DNA of 64,000 bases from Amoebophrya sp. A120 (lineage: Eukaryota > Protista > Dinoflagellata): NCBI GenBank assembly GCA_905178155.1, contig CAJINV010000001.1, positions 13,491,712 to 13,555,711 on the forward strand, written 5' to 3'. Below are positions 45,301 through 58,303 of the stretch, piece by piece (position 1 is the first letter of the stretch; each line of letters begins with the position of its first letter). The notes under the pieces were generated by a model, which worked only from the letters and a program-made list of their open reading frames with translations, was not told the origin of the DNA and did not search any database. The translations under genes and the position numbers were made by a program.

Positions 45301-48300
45301 TGTCGGGCGTGGTGACCACGAGGTTGGACTGCTCCAGGATCCGCAGGTCCGCGGCAACCTCCCCGGTCAACTTCGCGACCTCGACGCCGAGCTTCTGGAA
45401 CCGCGGGGCCCAGGCCTGGAACCGCTCCTCCATGATTCTTTCGTAGGGCGCCAGATACACCGCCCGGGGGTGGTCGATGCCGGACTGGAGCATCTTCAGG
45501 ATCGCAAACTCCATGCACACCTCCTTGCCGGACGCCGCCGGGGCGCAGATCAGCGCGTTGTCGTTGGTGCTGTACAGACAGGTGAAGGTCTGGGTCTGCA
45601 GCGGGTTGAACGTCGGCATCTGCGAGTAGAACACGTCCGCTGCGTCCTTGTAGCGCAGCGCGGACACGGGTAAGGGCTGGAGGTCGAGCAGCTCTGTGTG
45701 TGGCGGTGCTTTCTCCGGTAAGATCAAGTTCCGGAAGGAGACCGCGAGCAGCGTTTCCGCGTTCAGCCACCGGTCGGACACCAGCCGCAAGAAGTACTGC
45801 GGCGGCTTGGGCTCGGTGATGGGCACGGTGAACGTGATCGTGTGCTCCAGCTCCGCTTCCTGCATTTTCAGGTAAAATTGCTCGTAGTGCAACACGTGCT
45901 CGCCGTTCACGTCCTCCACAATCACCCAGAAGATTTCGCCGCCGCCGTGAATTTTCGGGTCCCACTGGAAATCCGGGGTCAGCGTCAGCTCCACCATCAG
46001 GCAACTGCGAGTTTTCGGCTGCACGTACGCAACCAGGTCGATCTTGGGGAATTGATGCACCAACCGGTGCAGCATCTTTCCGAACTTCGGCAGGCGGATC
46101 AGCTCCGCCAAATCGGTCGGTGACAAATCGTAGTACTTGTCCCACGGGACGTCCTTCTTCTCCAGCTTGCGCAGGACGTCTTCCTGCAAATTTCGGTTGT
46201 GGTCCTTGAAGTGCCGCAGCGGGGTCTGGCAGCTCCACATCCGCTTCTCGATCATCTTGCACCACTTCAGGCACCGCAGCGCCAGCGACGCCCACCCCTT
46301 GCGGAGCGCGATCTCGAACAGCGCGCGCATGATTCGCCCGGCGGACTGCTCGATGTACACCATGTCGGCGGCCATCGCGAATCCCTCCAGCTTCATCTTG
46401 GAAATGTACGCCTGCAGCAAGACATTCACCTTCGCGGTGTACTCCTCCGCGGACCCCTTCACCGGGATCGGAACCTTCTCCAACAATTTCGTTAACTCCA
46501 CCTTTTCGTCGTCGCGGACCGGGATGTTCTTGAATTCGGAGGACAGGGAGAAGAGCCGGAGCAGCTCGATGTCGTTCATGTTCGGCCGCAAGTGTTCGTT
46601 GTAAACGGCGATGGAGGGGTGCTTGATGTAGTAGTGCGACGCCACGCGACCCATCGCGGTCACCTGCACCTGGCCGGTCCGCCGGTCGTACCGCACCAAA
46701 TTGTGCTTGTTCAACAGGGACAGAGCGGCGTGGACCAAGTCGCACCTGTGAGGTTTTGGGGTTGAGCAGGATCTTGAATGTCTTTACTCTTAATGCGCAT
46801 TGCGACGCTCTCTGTTTGCTATAATTCTTTTCTTTTCGTCGCTACAATGTATGTGAGGCCGCAGTGAAGTGGCACTACTTAAGCAGCGAGGCACTATCTA
46901 AGCGAGGCACTACTTAGGCGAGGCACTACCTAGGCGAGGCACTACTTAGGCGAGGCGCTACTTCAGAGAGGCACTACCTAGGCGAGGCACCACTCTGGCG
47001 AATTGTATTTGAGCGCGGTCGCGGTGTAAGTACCTAAGCGAGACACTACTTAAACCTAGGCGACGCACTACTTAACTGAGGCACTATTTAATACTTGAGC
47101 GCAGCACTAGCACCACTTAAGCGAGGCACTACCTCAGTAAAGCACTAATTAGGCGAAGTAGTACTACTTAAGCGAGGCACTACCTCAGCAAAGCACTACC
47201 TAAGCAAAGTAGCACTACTTAAGCGAGGCACTACCTCAGCAAAGCACTACTTAAGCGAAGTAGCACTACTTAAGCGAAGCACCTGGGCGACAAGCGAACC
47301 ACGCAAGCAGAGGCACTGACTTGAGCCACGCTCTTAAGCGAAGCACTTAAGCGAAGCACTTAAGCGAAGCACTTAAGCGAAGCACTTAAGCGAAGCACTG
47401 AAGCGAAGCACTTAAGCGAAGCACTTAAGCGAAGCACTTAAGCGAAGCACTTAAGCGAAGCACTTAAGCGAAGCACTTAAGCGAAGCACTTAAGCGAAGC
47501 ACTGAAGCGAAGCACTTAAGCGAAACGCTTAAGCGAAAGGCTTAAGCGAAAGACGTAAGCGAAAGACGTAAGCGAAAGACGTAAGCGAAAGACGTAAGCG
47601 AAAGACGTAAGCGAAAGACGTAAGCGAAAGACGTAAGNNNNNNNNNNNNNNNNNNNNNNNNNNNNNNNNNNNNNNNNNNNNNNNNNNNNNNNNNNNNNNN
47701 NNNNNNNNNNNNNNNNNNNNNNNNNNNNNNNNNNNNNGAAAGACGTAAGCGAAAGACGTAAGCGAAAGACGTAAGCGAAAGACGTAAGCGAAAGACGTAA
47801 GCGAAAGACGTAAGCGAAAGACGTAAGCGAAACGCTTAAGCGAAAGACATAAGCGAAAGACATAAGCGAAAGACGTAAGCGAAAGACATAAGCGTAGACA
47901 CAAGCGAAACGGCACACCTAAGCGAAACACCTAAGCAGGGAGACTCTTAACTGAGGCACGTAAGCAAAAAAAACTCATCAGCAGCACTTCGTACCTGGCT
48001 TGCAACATTGTCGGGTCAGACTCCAGGCTGTGCTCCGGAACAGAGTACAGCTGCGGACTCTTCTGCATGCGCACGAAGAGGTAGGTGTAACCCAACCACG
48101 TGACGGCGTCAGCGCGGTTCTGCACAGTGCCGAGCACCAGTTCCCCGATCAGCTTGTCCGGTAGATCCGCGATCATCTGGGACTCGATGGGGAGCTGCAT
48201 GTTCATCAGACTCAGGTAGTACTGGAGCTCGCTGTGCTGGGTGATGATGATCCCGTGTCCCTCCTTCTCGTACCCCGGCCGCCCCGCGCGGCCCATCATC

Positions 48301-51300
48301 TGAAGCATGTCCAGGCACCCGAGCTCGTCCCACTTGCCCAAATCCGGCTTGTACACCTGCGTCCCCTTGATGATCACGGTGTGCGCGGGAAGGTTGACAC
48401 CCCAGGCCAGCGTCGCCGTGCAGACCAGCACCTGAATCCGCTTGTCCGCGAACAGATCCTCGACGAGGGAACGGTCCTGCTTGGACAGCCCGGCGTGGTG
48501 GATGGCGAACCCGTAGGGCATGAGCTCCGACAGGTCCCGGGACTGCGCCTCCTGCGCCTGGTCCGCGAGAATCTCCTTCGTCGCACTGTTGCCCGCCAAA
48601 AACCGAGGCACCACGTCGTTCTCCATGGCCATCTCGCGCAACGTTTTCGCTGTGCGCGCCGTTTCCTTCCGGCTATGCACGAAGATCAGCATCTGGTTCT
48701 GCCCGGCGTTCTTCACGACCTGCTCGAAGCACACCTCGTTCATCGTGTTCATGCGCCGCACGGCTTTTTTGTCCGTGACCCCGATGAAGGTCTGCTGCAG
48801 CGGGCAGGGCCGGAAGGAGTTGTCAAACTTGAACAACCCCTTTTCCGTGACCCGCATAAACGCGGCCACGTCGGTGTAGTTCGGGAGCGTCGCGGACAAA
48901 CCCACCAGCCGAATCGGCTCCTGCGTGCGCTCCACCTGTCGCAGCGTCCGCGCCACGATCGCTTCCAGCACGGTGCCGCGCTGGTCGTGCAGCAGGTGCA
49001 CTTCGTCGATGATCACCAACCGCACCAAATGCATGTTCGCGCGGCTGTCCCCGGATTTTCGCGTGATGATGTCCCACTTCTCCGGCGTAGTGACGAGAAT
49101 TTGCGTTTTTGCGATCTGCGATTTCGATAAGGTACTGTCCCCGGACAGTTCCCCCACGGACAGCCCGTACTTCTCGAACCGTTGGCTGAAGAACCCGACC
49201 AACTGCTGCACCAGCGCCTTCATGGGCGCGATGTAGACAATTTTGAAAGCGTCCTTGTCCACCGCCACCTCGTCGGTGTTCAGCTCGTCGACGCGTTTCA
49301 AGTGCATCATGATCACGTTCATCATGGTGAGCAACGCAATGTTTGTCTTTCCCGCACCGGTGGGCGCGCACACCAGCATGTTTTCGTCGAACTGCTTGAA
49401 CGCGATGGGAAACACCTTACTTTGCACCGGGTTCAGTCGCTGCACGATGAACTTATCCTTGTCGTCGCGGAACACGTTCTGCGCGAACTTCGGCAGTTCG
49501 GTGATTTCAATCAGCTTAATGTCGCCGTGCTCCGCCGCGGCCGGGGCCGGAATCGTCACCTCCTCCCAAGCTTTCTTCATCTCACGCTTCGCACCCTCTT
49601 TCAAGTGACCTGTTGTTTGGAGGGTGATAGTGCGACAGGTTGATCTAAAGTAACTCTGGCTTATTTTCTGTGAATGAAGGGAGCGACCTACGAGGAACAA
49701 CGAAGATTCGAGTGTACTGTTGGATGGATACGAAATAATCATCTTCTTGTAATGATCTACAAAACTGCAAAATCAAGCTCAACATTTAGTACATGTCGAA
49801 TTGGTCATGGTGTGTCCCGCTTTGTGAAAGCTGGCCTGTTCCAGATCGATGACCCTGCTGGGCTGGAGTTTTTTCGCGGCGACCGCGCCCGTGGCGCTGT
49901 CCTGCACGGTGGCGATTTCGGCGTCTTCCACCCCGTCGTCGCGTTTTTTCTTCATCAGCACTCTCGCCTCGTTTCGCAGGCGCGTGACCTCGTCCTTCTC
50001 CTTGTCGCGCTTCGCCTTGGACTTGTCCAACTCGGCCAAGACCGCCTGGCCCTCCTCGGACTCTTTCATGGCCTCCAGAATCTGGGCCTGTTCCTCGTCC
50101 GTCTGGGCCTGCTTCAGCTTCGTCATAAACAGGATTTTGCTCCGATTCCGGACCAGTTTCTGCAGAAACTCAAAGTTCTGGAACTCCAGCAGCTGCACGA
50201 GCTTGTTTTCCAGGAGCTGCACGTCCTGGATGGCCAGCGCCTGGAGAATTTTCTTCTCCAGTTCCGCGGCCTTCTCGTGGTCCTGGTTCAGAACCTCGGA
50301 TAAGACTCTCTGCAGCCAGTGGGCGTCGATAACGGACACGGGCAGGTCCTCGTTCTCCTGCTCCTTGTCTTCGTCGTCGACCTCGTCGTCGACCTTGATG
50401 CCTGTGATGTAGTCGCGAGTAGGTTTTTTATGCAAATACTTAAGTGTCAAAAATTCTTTTTGTTTCACCTTGATTTTACAAACTTCGAAAGGCTGTTGCA
50501 ATTGATTCAAGGATATACGAAAACTGCTGATTACCTCTGTCTTCCGCTTGGAGGAGGTTTTCCTCCCTGTTCTCGCTATCATCGTCGCTGCTTTCGGTAA
50601 GCTCACCGACATACTTCTCGCCGTCGTCAGAGTCTTCCTCTTCGAAAACCACTGCTACACCGGTGGCGTCTTCTGCGCGATCTTCTTTCACTTCGTCCTT
50701 TGCCTGTTGTGATTTTGAAGGAATGCATGGATCGAAGCAAGCATGTAGTTGTGCAGTGCGTGTGGAAATCATAGATGTTTATGTTTTACGACAGATTTTA
50801 CGTCTACTACGAACGGGCCACCGCCGATAATCTACGAACAATTTCAATTTAGAATTGCAGTTTAATTTTTCATTTTGTTCAACGTCCGTAAAAACAATAC
50901 GTCGTCGGCCCCGTAGTCCGTGACTTGCTTGGCGAGTCGGTAAAGCTCGCCGAAGAATTCGTTGGTGACCGCGCCCAGAACCTCTTCGACGTTGCGCTTG
51001 CGTTGCGCGTCAAGGCAATTATCCGCCTTGATGGCCGCTAGAATTTCGTCCGCCGCCCCCGCAAGCACCTCGGGGCTCTGGTCGCCGAGCACCGTCGTCA
51101 TCACGTTCAGCAGTTCCTCGTAGACCGCCTTTGTGGCGGTGGTGGTGGGCTTGTAGGAAACCACCTCTGTGACATCCTGATCCAGCACGGTGGCGCCTGA
51201 GGAGAAAGTAGATTTTTACATGCGATTCACTAGAAAAACCACGCGGAAAAGCAAAAAAACATTCGATAAAGGAGGGCGTCCCCGCTTGAACTTCATCGAC

Positions 51301-51632
51301 CGACTGATGAAAAGAAAACTAAAACACCATACGTAATGAGCCTCAAGAATACCTTTTCTCAGCTCTAATTTCGCTTTTTTCCGATCTTGTTTGTCGCCCT
51401 TGGCCTCCGCGTTTGGATCCCGTGCGCGCTTCTTTTTCACGTCTTTTAAATGGTCCAGCTGTCGCTTGTCGCCGCGGGCCAGATCGCCCATTTTGTGCAG
51501 GTTGTAGTGCCGCAAGGACTCCGGCTCGCCGGTGGGCTCATTTGCGGAGGGGGCAGCGCCTTCGCGCTGCAGCACCAAATTCGAGTTGGTTCGGTACTCG
51601 AACCGCTTGAACTTGGCATGCTCTTCAGCCAT
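42381..51632 (-). CDS. SNRNP200: U5 snRNP 200-kDa RNA helicase Brr2, 2189 aa, 10 exons (51632-51353, 51196-50901, 50703-50535, 50401-49793, 49609-47995, 46745-44100, 43964-43722, 43454-43172, 43001-42839, 42646-42381)
   Basis: N-terminal FEYRTNSNLVL/EPTGEPESL, two Ski2-like cassettes (APTGAGKT-DEVH-SAT-QMMGRAGRP; APAASGK-DELH-QMMGRASRP) and Sec63 domains ending MCDSYQGVDQE; 6570 nt in frame. Confidence 0.97.
43459..43720. mobile_element. Introner-like TIR element in Brr2 (intron 43455-43721, GT...CG)
   Basis: About 50-bp TIR (TATCAAATGCAAATATGTCTGGGTCTGGAA / TATCAAATGTAAAAATGTCGGGGTCTGGAA) and perfect duplication CCGGT. Removal restores ...LLYAHFHR|ASLTIDL... Confidence 0.93.
46870..47960. 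repeat. Compound minisatellite in Brr2 intron 5 (46746-47994), spanning a 100-N gap
   Basis: Degenerate AGGCACTACTTAAGCG units, then (TTAAGCGAAGCAC)n from 47334, then (TAAGCGAAAGACG)n on both sides of gap 47638-47737. Confidence 0.95.
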
Positions 51633-52560
51633 TTCGTCGCTGTTCTTGTTGGGAGTTGTAGTGAATTGCTACTGGTTCTTCTGTTTTTCTCGAGCTCAAG
51701 GACCCGAGCACGACGACCCTCGCAACAGTCGGTATATTTCACTAGCGTTTTAAAAGCTTGTCGCAGGATTCTTCGTCGACGCCCGTGATTATGCGGCGGC
51801 TTCTTGTCATGTTGCTTTTTCTTGGAAATTCAGCGTGGTAAAGGATATTATACTACCGGCTTCTTCACTCGAGATAGATAAAAGTCTTTGTAAACTTCTT
51901 GATACTCAGAATCAATCTTTACACGAGGTGATACTCCACGATCTAGCTGCTACGGGTCGCCGGGGAGACGACGTCGACGCGCCAGCGTGCTTTCACTTAA
52001 CTCACGGGGGGCAGAGAAAAAGTGACACGAAAAAATTACTTACTTTCACTGCAATGGGTTGTTCTGTAAAGAAAAAAATCGGATCGAAATTGAAATTGAA
52101 ACATGCGAGGCAAACATACCGGAACAAAGCCAGGATGCGAAGGATCAGGAAGCGCAGTGATCTTCTTGTCTTCCGGTCGAGATCTTACAGTAAGTTCTTC
52201 CTGTAAAATGGCATTGCAAAATCGATCTTTTTCTCCTTCAAACGAGATCAGGTTGCCGCGAAATGCTGAACTCCGTATTACTCTATGCTTCGTGGCTTAG
52301 CAAAATTCACTTCGGAACGGTTTTCATAGGTCGGTTGTAGAAAAAGAACATCAGCGTATGTAGGGCCTTGAAATTTGACGCCATGCCCGGGCATGGTAAG
52401 AAAGAAAGAAAGACTATCTCTTTCAGAACAATCGCAGGCACTATCTGTTCGCATTTTGGCATGATACTGTTTCGAAGTCCTCCAATCATTTTAGTGTTTT
52501 CTATTGAGCGCGAGCTGTCACTGATCTTAATTCACTCTTTACTAAATTCAAGAAATGACG

Positions 52561-53613
52561 TCAAATTTTTTCATCCGCACGCGAAATTCTTTCTGATCGC
52601 AAAACGTCGGGCTTCGGCATCGAGATAATAAACGTTTCTGCCAGCGCGTCGTGCCGCAGCTTACTCACAGCCCGATACTGTTCACTCGCGCCCATTGCCA
52701 GAAACGCGTCGCGCGATGGATACTCCGCAATTATTACTTGATCGAAACTGCGCTCCGGAGCGCGTCGCTTGAACGATTCCCCGCTCCGTGCACGCTCCCA
52801 AGTTCCCCAAACCTTGGCGGCCAGTGTGCTCCGCGCGCCAAATTGCGAGAGCACGCCCTTCCTGCCGCCTTGCGCTTTCGCGTATTGTTGGTACAGCGAC
52901 CGCTTTTCCGCGTCGTCCTCGAAGCGCAGCAGGTTGACGTGCCACAAACTACCCCGCCCGGGCTTTTGTTCTCCCAATTCCACATCCGAAAGAAACGCCC
53001 TTAGCTGTTCGAGAGTCGCCGCACTTTTCCCCACCTGATTTCCCGGAGTTCTGTCTCCCACCAAACCGCTGGGGATTTCTGCGTTCAAGACCTCCGCAGG
53101 CTCCGCTGACCAGTTCGTGATTGTCGCGGTTGGTTCGGGCGCCGCGCGGTCCAGGTGAAACCAGCCGGGATCAATCGTCAGTAGCAACTGCGGACAAGAA
53201 AGGGCAACTGGGACGACGTCGCTGGCTCCCGTGGAAGTGGTTGCGAATGGTGAAGCCGCTGCGTCCTGCTGTAGTTGCGACAAGCCGAGTTCTAGCGAGC
53301 GTGGCAGATTCGTTTTAAGCCCACTTTCAGGCTCGTCAGTATATTCGTACAAAAGACAGTGTGTGAATGTTGTGCTCGGATCTCCGACGACAACGCGACA
53401 GTGGCTCGCGGCAAAAACCGCCGTTCCACTGCAAGACTCGTGCCAGCCTGTGATCGTGTTGACTAATTCCTCAGCGCGGATCTGGGACGCCGTCGCATCC
53501 AGAAAGTGCAGCACCCAGGTGCGGAACTCTTTTCTTTCCGAAGCTGAGGGCGGTGATGCGGTGGCTTGTGCGGAAAGCCGGTTGACGCGGTGTCGCACGC
53601 GAGCTGGGGTCAT
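52561..53613 (-). CDS. 350-aa protein with a C-terminal DUF1330-like domain, intronless
   Basis: VNLLRF...YQQY...FDQVIIAEYPSRDAFLAM...Y..VSKLRHDAL matches the DUF1330 pattern as I recall it. Confidence 0.75.
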   Translation of the reverse strand: MTPARVRHRVNRLSAQATASPPSASERKEFRTWVLHFLDATASQIRAEELVNTITGWHESCSGTAVFAASHCRVVVGDPSTTFTHCLLYEYTDEPESGLKTNLPRSLELGLSQLQQDAAASPFATTSTGASDVVPVALSCPQLLLTIDPGWFHLDRAAPEPTATITNWSAEPAEVLNAEIPSGLVGDRTPGNQVGKSAATLEQLRAFLSDVELGEQKPGRGSLWHVNLLRFEDDAEKRSLYQQYAKAQGGRKGVLSQFGARSTLAAKVWGTWERARSGESFKRRAPERSFDQVIIAEYPSRDAFLAMGASEQYRAVSKLRHDALAETFIISMPKPDVLRSERISRADEKI

Positions 53614-55178
53614 GACGCTTCGATACTTGGAAGCGTAGCGCAGGCCGGAACCAAGACTGCGTACCCGCGCTGTTGTGCCTTAAAAAATTGCCTGCGTGTT
53701 GCGAAAGCAGATCGCACAGATGGTGCTCCGGGGTTTGTGGCAGGCCAAGTAGCCACGCGACGCAACCGCGCGGGCAAAAGCTCCTCGCCGAGAGGGAGGG
53801 GGGGCGCGTGCAGGAAACACGCCGAGGCCTGCCAAAAAGTCGCGGTCCGCTCGCCCAAGAGCCGGGCGCCGCGCGAAGCGACCGGAAGCTTTGGCCAGCC
53901 CGCAGATGGAGGAAAGTGGGTTTCTTCATTCGTTCGCACGGTTCGCCGGGGCGGCGCCCTTCGCGTCCATTGGCATTGTGCCCCCCTGCGCCGGCTCCCG
54001 CCTTGGGGCGCGCGCCCCCTGCGGGGGGCCCGCGCGCGAGGCACCGCCTCGCTTAGTCAGTCGCTCAGGCTTGGGCGCACTTATCGTAGGCACGGCTTGG
54101 CGCCATCGGCTAGGACACGCGTCGGCGCACCGGGCGGCCCGCTGCGAAAGCGCCTCGTCGGGGCGCACTGCTCTGCGGGCGGGCCGGGGGGGGATTGAAA
54201 TGCGCTCAAACGGCCTACCTATCGCGCACCGCGCTTCCTACGGAGCGACCGCCCTAGGCGCGGTTGTCGCGCATGCGGGGCGCGCCTAAGCCGTCGCGCT
54301 TCAGCCGGGGGGGGGGGGGCGCCGGCCGATCCGTGTTCTGGGTGTTCCCCTGGGGAGGGAGGCTGGCTATGCTGTCCCTGTGTTGGTACGGGTACGGGTA
54401 CGGGTGCGGTGTGGCGAGTAGTGTAGCACCTAAAACTTGCGCCAAGTACGACTACTTGTGCTCGACAGACTCGGGCACCGCAGAGCAGTTAACCCTCCAC
54501 CATAGCACTACACTAATAAGACTACTACTTCCCGATGCGTGTGTGCAGGGCGGGCCACAAAAAGCGGTCTTGTAGTGAAGTAACAGTCGAACTAGCGCGC
54601 CAAGTCTGAACACAGACTTTTTTCCTAAACCCTGTCTATTGTATTGGTAACTGAAAGAGGGCAGCCAGTGCACCTGCCATGTCCGTGGTCGTGAGCAGCT
54701 CAACGGTGGCCGGGGGAGGGCTCTTCTAGGGCAGTGTGGCTAGAAATGAAGATCAATTTTTCCGCGTTTTGCAAAATGTCACAAATATACCCAGAACAGT
54801 GATACAATAAGGGACGCAGAATAGCCATATTTTATTATGTCCGACGCGGCCGGTAGAATGGCACGCCGTCTGGTCCCGAAAAGAAGCAGCGCCCGGAGAG
54901 CGGGGCGAAGCGCAGTCGACCCTCGACTGAAGCGCGAGAACCCGAATAGCGGCACCAAAAGCCGCACGAGGGGGGGTTGGCACTATCGCCACCATCGCTC
55001 TGACAACAGGAAGAGGGGGCCGACCGAGGCCCACAAAAAGACAACCCCCACCACGCTCTTCCGGGCGGAGGAGAGATGNNNNNNNNNNNNNNNNNNNNNN
55101 NNNNNNNNNNNNNNNNNNNNNNNNNNNNNNNNNNNNNNNNNNNNNNNNNNNNNNNNNNNNNNNNNNNNNNNNNNNNNN

Positions 55179-55521
55179 TCCAAAAGCCACAGAACACAAG
55201 GTAGGTGGGGATCGCGACGACGTCGCGATCAGCATCTTCTTCTTTTTCTCATTTCCTTACTCCTGTTCCAAAGATTCTGCTCACGGAAATCACAAATGTC
55301 GTCTTCGCATTGCAAACAGCATGAGAGCCTCCCACAGAGGGCCCAAACACCCTCGACACCCACGAAAGCATTGCAACACAAGCGACCAAAACAGGCCAAA
55401 ACCCTCAAAAAGCCTCTGAATCCTCTCAACACCTCCAGAGCTCTCCAACCACTGCAACGCCAGCGACCAGTGTGGTCCGAATGCGATCGAACAGCCGCGC
55501 AGCACCACCAGAATACTCGGA
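55179..55521 (-). mobile_element. Additional 343-bp LTR copy bounded by assembly Ns
   Basis: Same sequence as 58653-58995 except one substitution I noticed (55281); starts and ends exactly at the LTR termini. Confidence 0.85.
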
Positions 55522-58098
55522 NTGCGCGCCTGCTGCGCTTACGCCTACAGCTGGACGAAGACCAACTTGCCACAGGGCGGCGGCTTTCACCAGACAAGCC
55601 AGTCTTGACATCAAACCCAAATCAATGGCCGCCCGCAAGAGAAAGAGGCGGCGAAGCGCTGCTCCCGACGTGGGTCGGTCGCAACGGCCTCGCGCCAAGG
55701 CACAAGTCCCGCCGCCCGCGTGGGGTGATCCCTACCTGAGTAGAGAACGACCGACCCACCACGGGAGCAGTGCTCGTCGCCTTTTCCTCTCGCTCTGCGC
55801 AACCCCTGCCGCAAAACTAGACCCTTCCAAACCCTGCTGAAGGGGGACTATCGGCAAATACAGCGAACAAGAAGTGATGATGGGGTAGCGCATCGCTACG
55901 GTCTGGCCCCTACCGCGCAAAGGAGGCGACCAAGTCACAATCTAGAGGCAGCAGTGGAGCTATCACGTCCGGGAGCCAACTCGCACGCCATCACATGAGA
56001 AGCGCACACGCGGGCGCTTTACCACTCAAAGCTACAGCCCTCTCCTCTTTCTGGACCACGCTAGCAGCGACTGGCGCTACGAGGGCCAACTTCGAAAACA
56101 TCCGCCAAATGCCAGCGGTTCATGGGATCTCCGCTATGTCACATGGTGCCATAACTTCTACGCCGGGTGGCCGCCAACTACATTCCAACGTTCCAGACGC
56201 GCATCTGAAGCCAGCTGACTTCATCCTTCAAGAACCCAAGCTGGGGACTGCTGTCTGCAACAAATCCACCGCGAGCAGCGATGCAGGGGCTAACGCCAGA
56301 GCCCGGAGGCGGGCGCCGCAAAGCTCGGGTGCTCAGGGCCTACACCTAGAGAGAGAAACCGCTTCTAGGGCGCAACGCAAATAACTTCAGCAGTGCGCCA
56401 CACACTACTGCGGTGCGGCGCAGGGGGCGACGTGGCGCAAGCGCTTTGAACTCTACAGGGAGGTAGCACGAAACTAGGAGCAAGCTGCTGGCGACCATGG
56501 TGCAGTGCCCATCGCTGCCGCAGCAGAACAACAAAGGGGCAAAAATCTGCCCAGGTGGCAGCCGTATCACTTCTAGGGCAACTCGTGCAACTCCTTAGTG
56601 CGAGCCGTGGCAGCCTTAGGCGGGCTCGAACAAGTATGCAACAGCAGCAGCGCAACCGGCGCGACGTACTCCTAAAGTGCGAAAAAGGTGGCACTCTGCA
56701 TGGTGTGCCGCAACGCAATACGCGGGGCGCGTACTAGCGTACTTGGCCTTGAATCTACCTCACCAATGAGCTCTGGCAGGTGCGCAACAAGCGCTACACA
56801 ATTTACACTTGCATCTGCGGCATTGGGGCAGCAGCGGGCCCGTGGAACAGAACTGCCACCACATTACCGTTGGCACAGGAAAACGCACGTGCGCGGCCGG
56901 CGCCACGCGCACAGCAAATACACGGCTGGAGGCACGCAGTGATCCGGCCGAGACCCAGCAAGGTGCGACACGCACTACCGGTGGGCCGGCTGGAGTCCGA
57001 CCCGGAACTCCAGCCGCGCCCTGCGGCACTACCACTCAACTTCCCTGCACCAGAAGGCAACCAAAATAGTGCAGAGCGCACCTCTGCCCGGTCGATTTGC
57101 ACTAGAGTTTAAGCCACAGCACTGCGCCTGGCACACTTGAAACACGCGCGGCGGGCAGCACTGCCCCGCCGGCCCGAGAACTTCAACCGCACACCACATG
57201 CGGGGTTGTGCAACTACAAAGCGCGACAGGCGCTACTGTCCGGCCAGGACACGCCGGGCCCGGAACATCAACGGCGCACCACAGGCACTAGTGCGAACAA
57301 ATGCGGCTAGCACAACTACTGTCCGGCCAGCGCGCGCTGGAGCCGACAACTCAACTGCGCGACACAGGCAGTTCCAACAGGTGCGATGAGCACTAGTACT
57401 TTCCGGCCAGCACGCGCTGGTCCCGGCTCTTCAACAGTGCACCACGGGCACTACCAACAAGTGCTACAAGCACTACTACTGTTCGGCCGACACTTGTCGG
57501 GCCCGGAACCTCAACTGTGCCCCTGAGGCACTGCCATTCACTTCTAACGGGGTCCCAAGTGGACCTGTACGGGTGCGAGCCGCACCTGCAGCAGGGTGCC
57601 GGTGCGAGTGGCCCTGCACTAAGGCAAAAAGCACGGGAAACAAGGTCTGCACTGACTCCAAACTGTTGCGCAAGGCACCTGCCGCAATGGGCTTCCAACT
57701 GTACTGCCCGTATACCTACTTCCGGTCTCAGTAATGACGCCACCTGCCGGCTTCCAACAGTGCTGGCCGCAATGGGCCGCCTACTGCCGATCTAGCATGA
57801 CCTTCGGCATGTGCAAACAGCACTACTTGCAGGCCGGGATATCCCGGACACCTGCAAGGGGTCTACAATGACCTCGGTCCTTGTGCGAAGAGCACTACTG
57901 CAGATCGGGAACACCCGTACGCCTGCTACTGGTCTGCAATGACCTACACCGGACAGCCTGCACAAAGAGCACTGCTGGCAGGTCGGGAAACGCCCGAACG
58001 CCTGCGACTGGCCCGCACTGATCACTACCAGACGCACCACCTGGAGGCCAGTACATACTGACCATCTGCTTACATACGGCCACAACGGGCGCCCAGCG

Positions 58099-58303
58099 GT
58101 GCTACAACGCACTACCAGCAGCCCAGCATATGTTGGACACCTGCTTACGCACTGCCTCAGCGTGCTTCTACCAGTGCTACAATGCACTACGAGCAGGCCA
58201 GCACATGCTGGACACCTGCTTTTACACTGCCGCAGCGGGCTTCCACCAGTGCTACAATGCACTACAAGCAGGCCGGGGAACGCCGGACACCTGCTGCTCC
58301 ACT
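58099..58303. repeat. 75-bp tandem repeat, about 2.7 copies, in a wider degenerate GCACTAC-rich tract
   Basis: GTGCTACAA(C/T)GCACTAC recurs at 58099, 58174 and 58249. Confidence 0.85.

Noticed and set aside
44393-45673. Long plus-strand ORFs such as 44393-45673, 9477-10418 and 59565-61439, and the alternate-frame ORF 44991-46745
   Set aside because: These are shadows of GC3-rich real genes and carry no independent motifs.
47334-47930. CRISPR-like array or repeat-protein ORFs
   Set aside because: There are no unique spacers; it is a simple 13-bp minisatellite inside a GT-AG intron.
33507-51632. Functional clustering of U1C and Brr2
   Set aside because: They are separated by an unrelated gene, and two splicing genes within 8 kb could be chance without synteny evidence.
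53720-54410. GC-rich tract with a G13 run and (GGTACG)3 as rRNA, telomere or gene
   Set aside because: No rRNA signature, too few repeats for a telomere, and the ORFs are composition artefacts.
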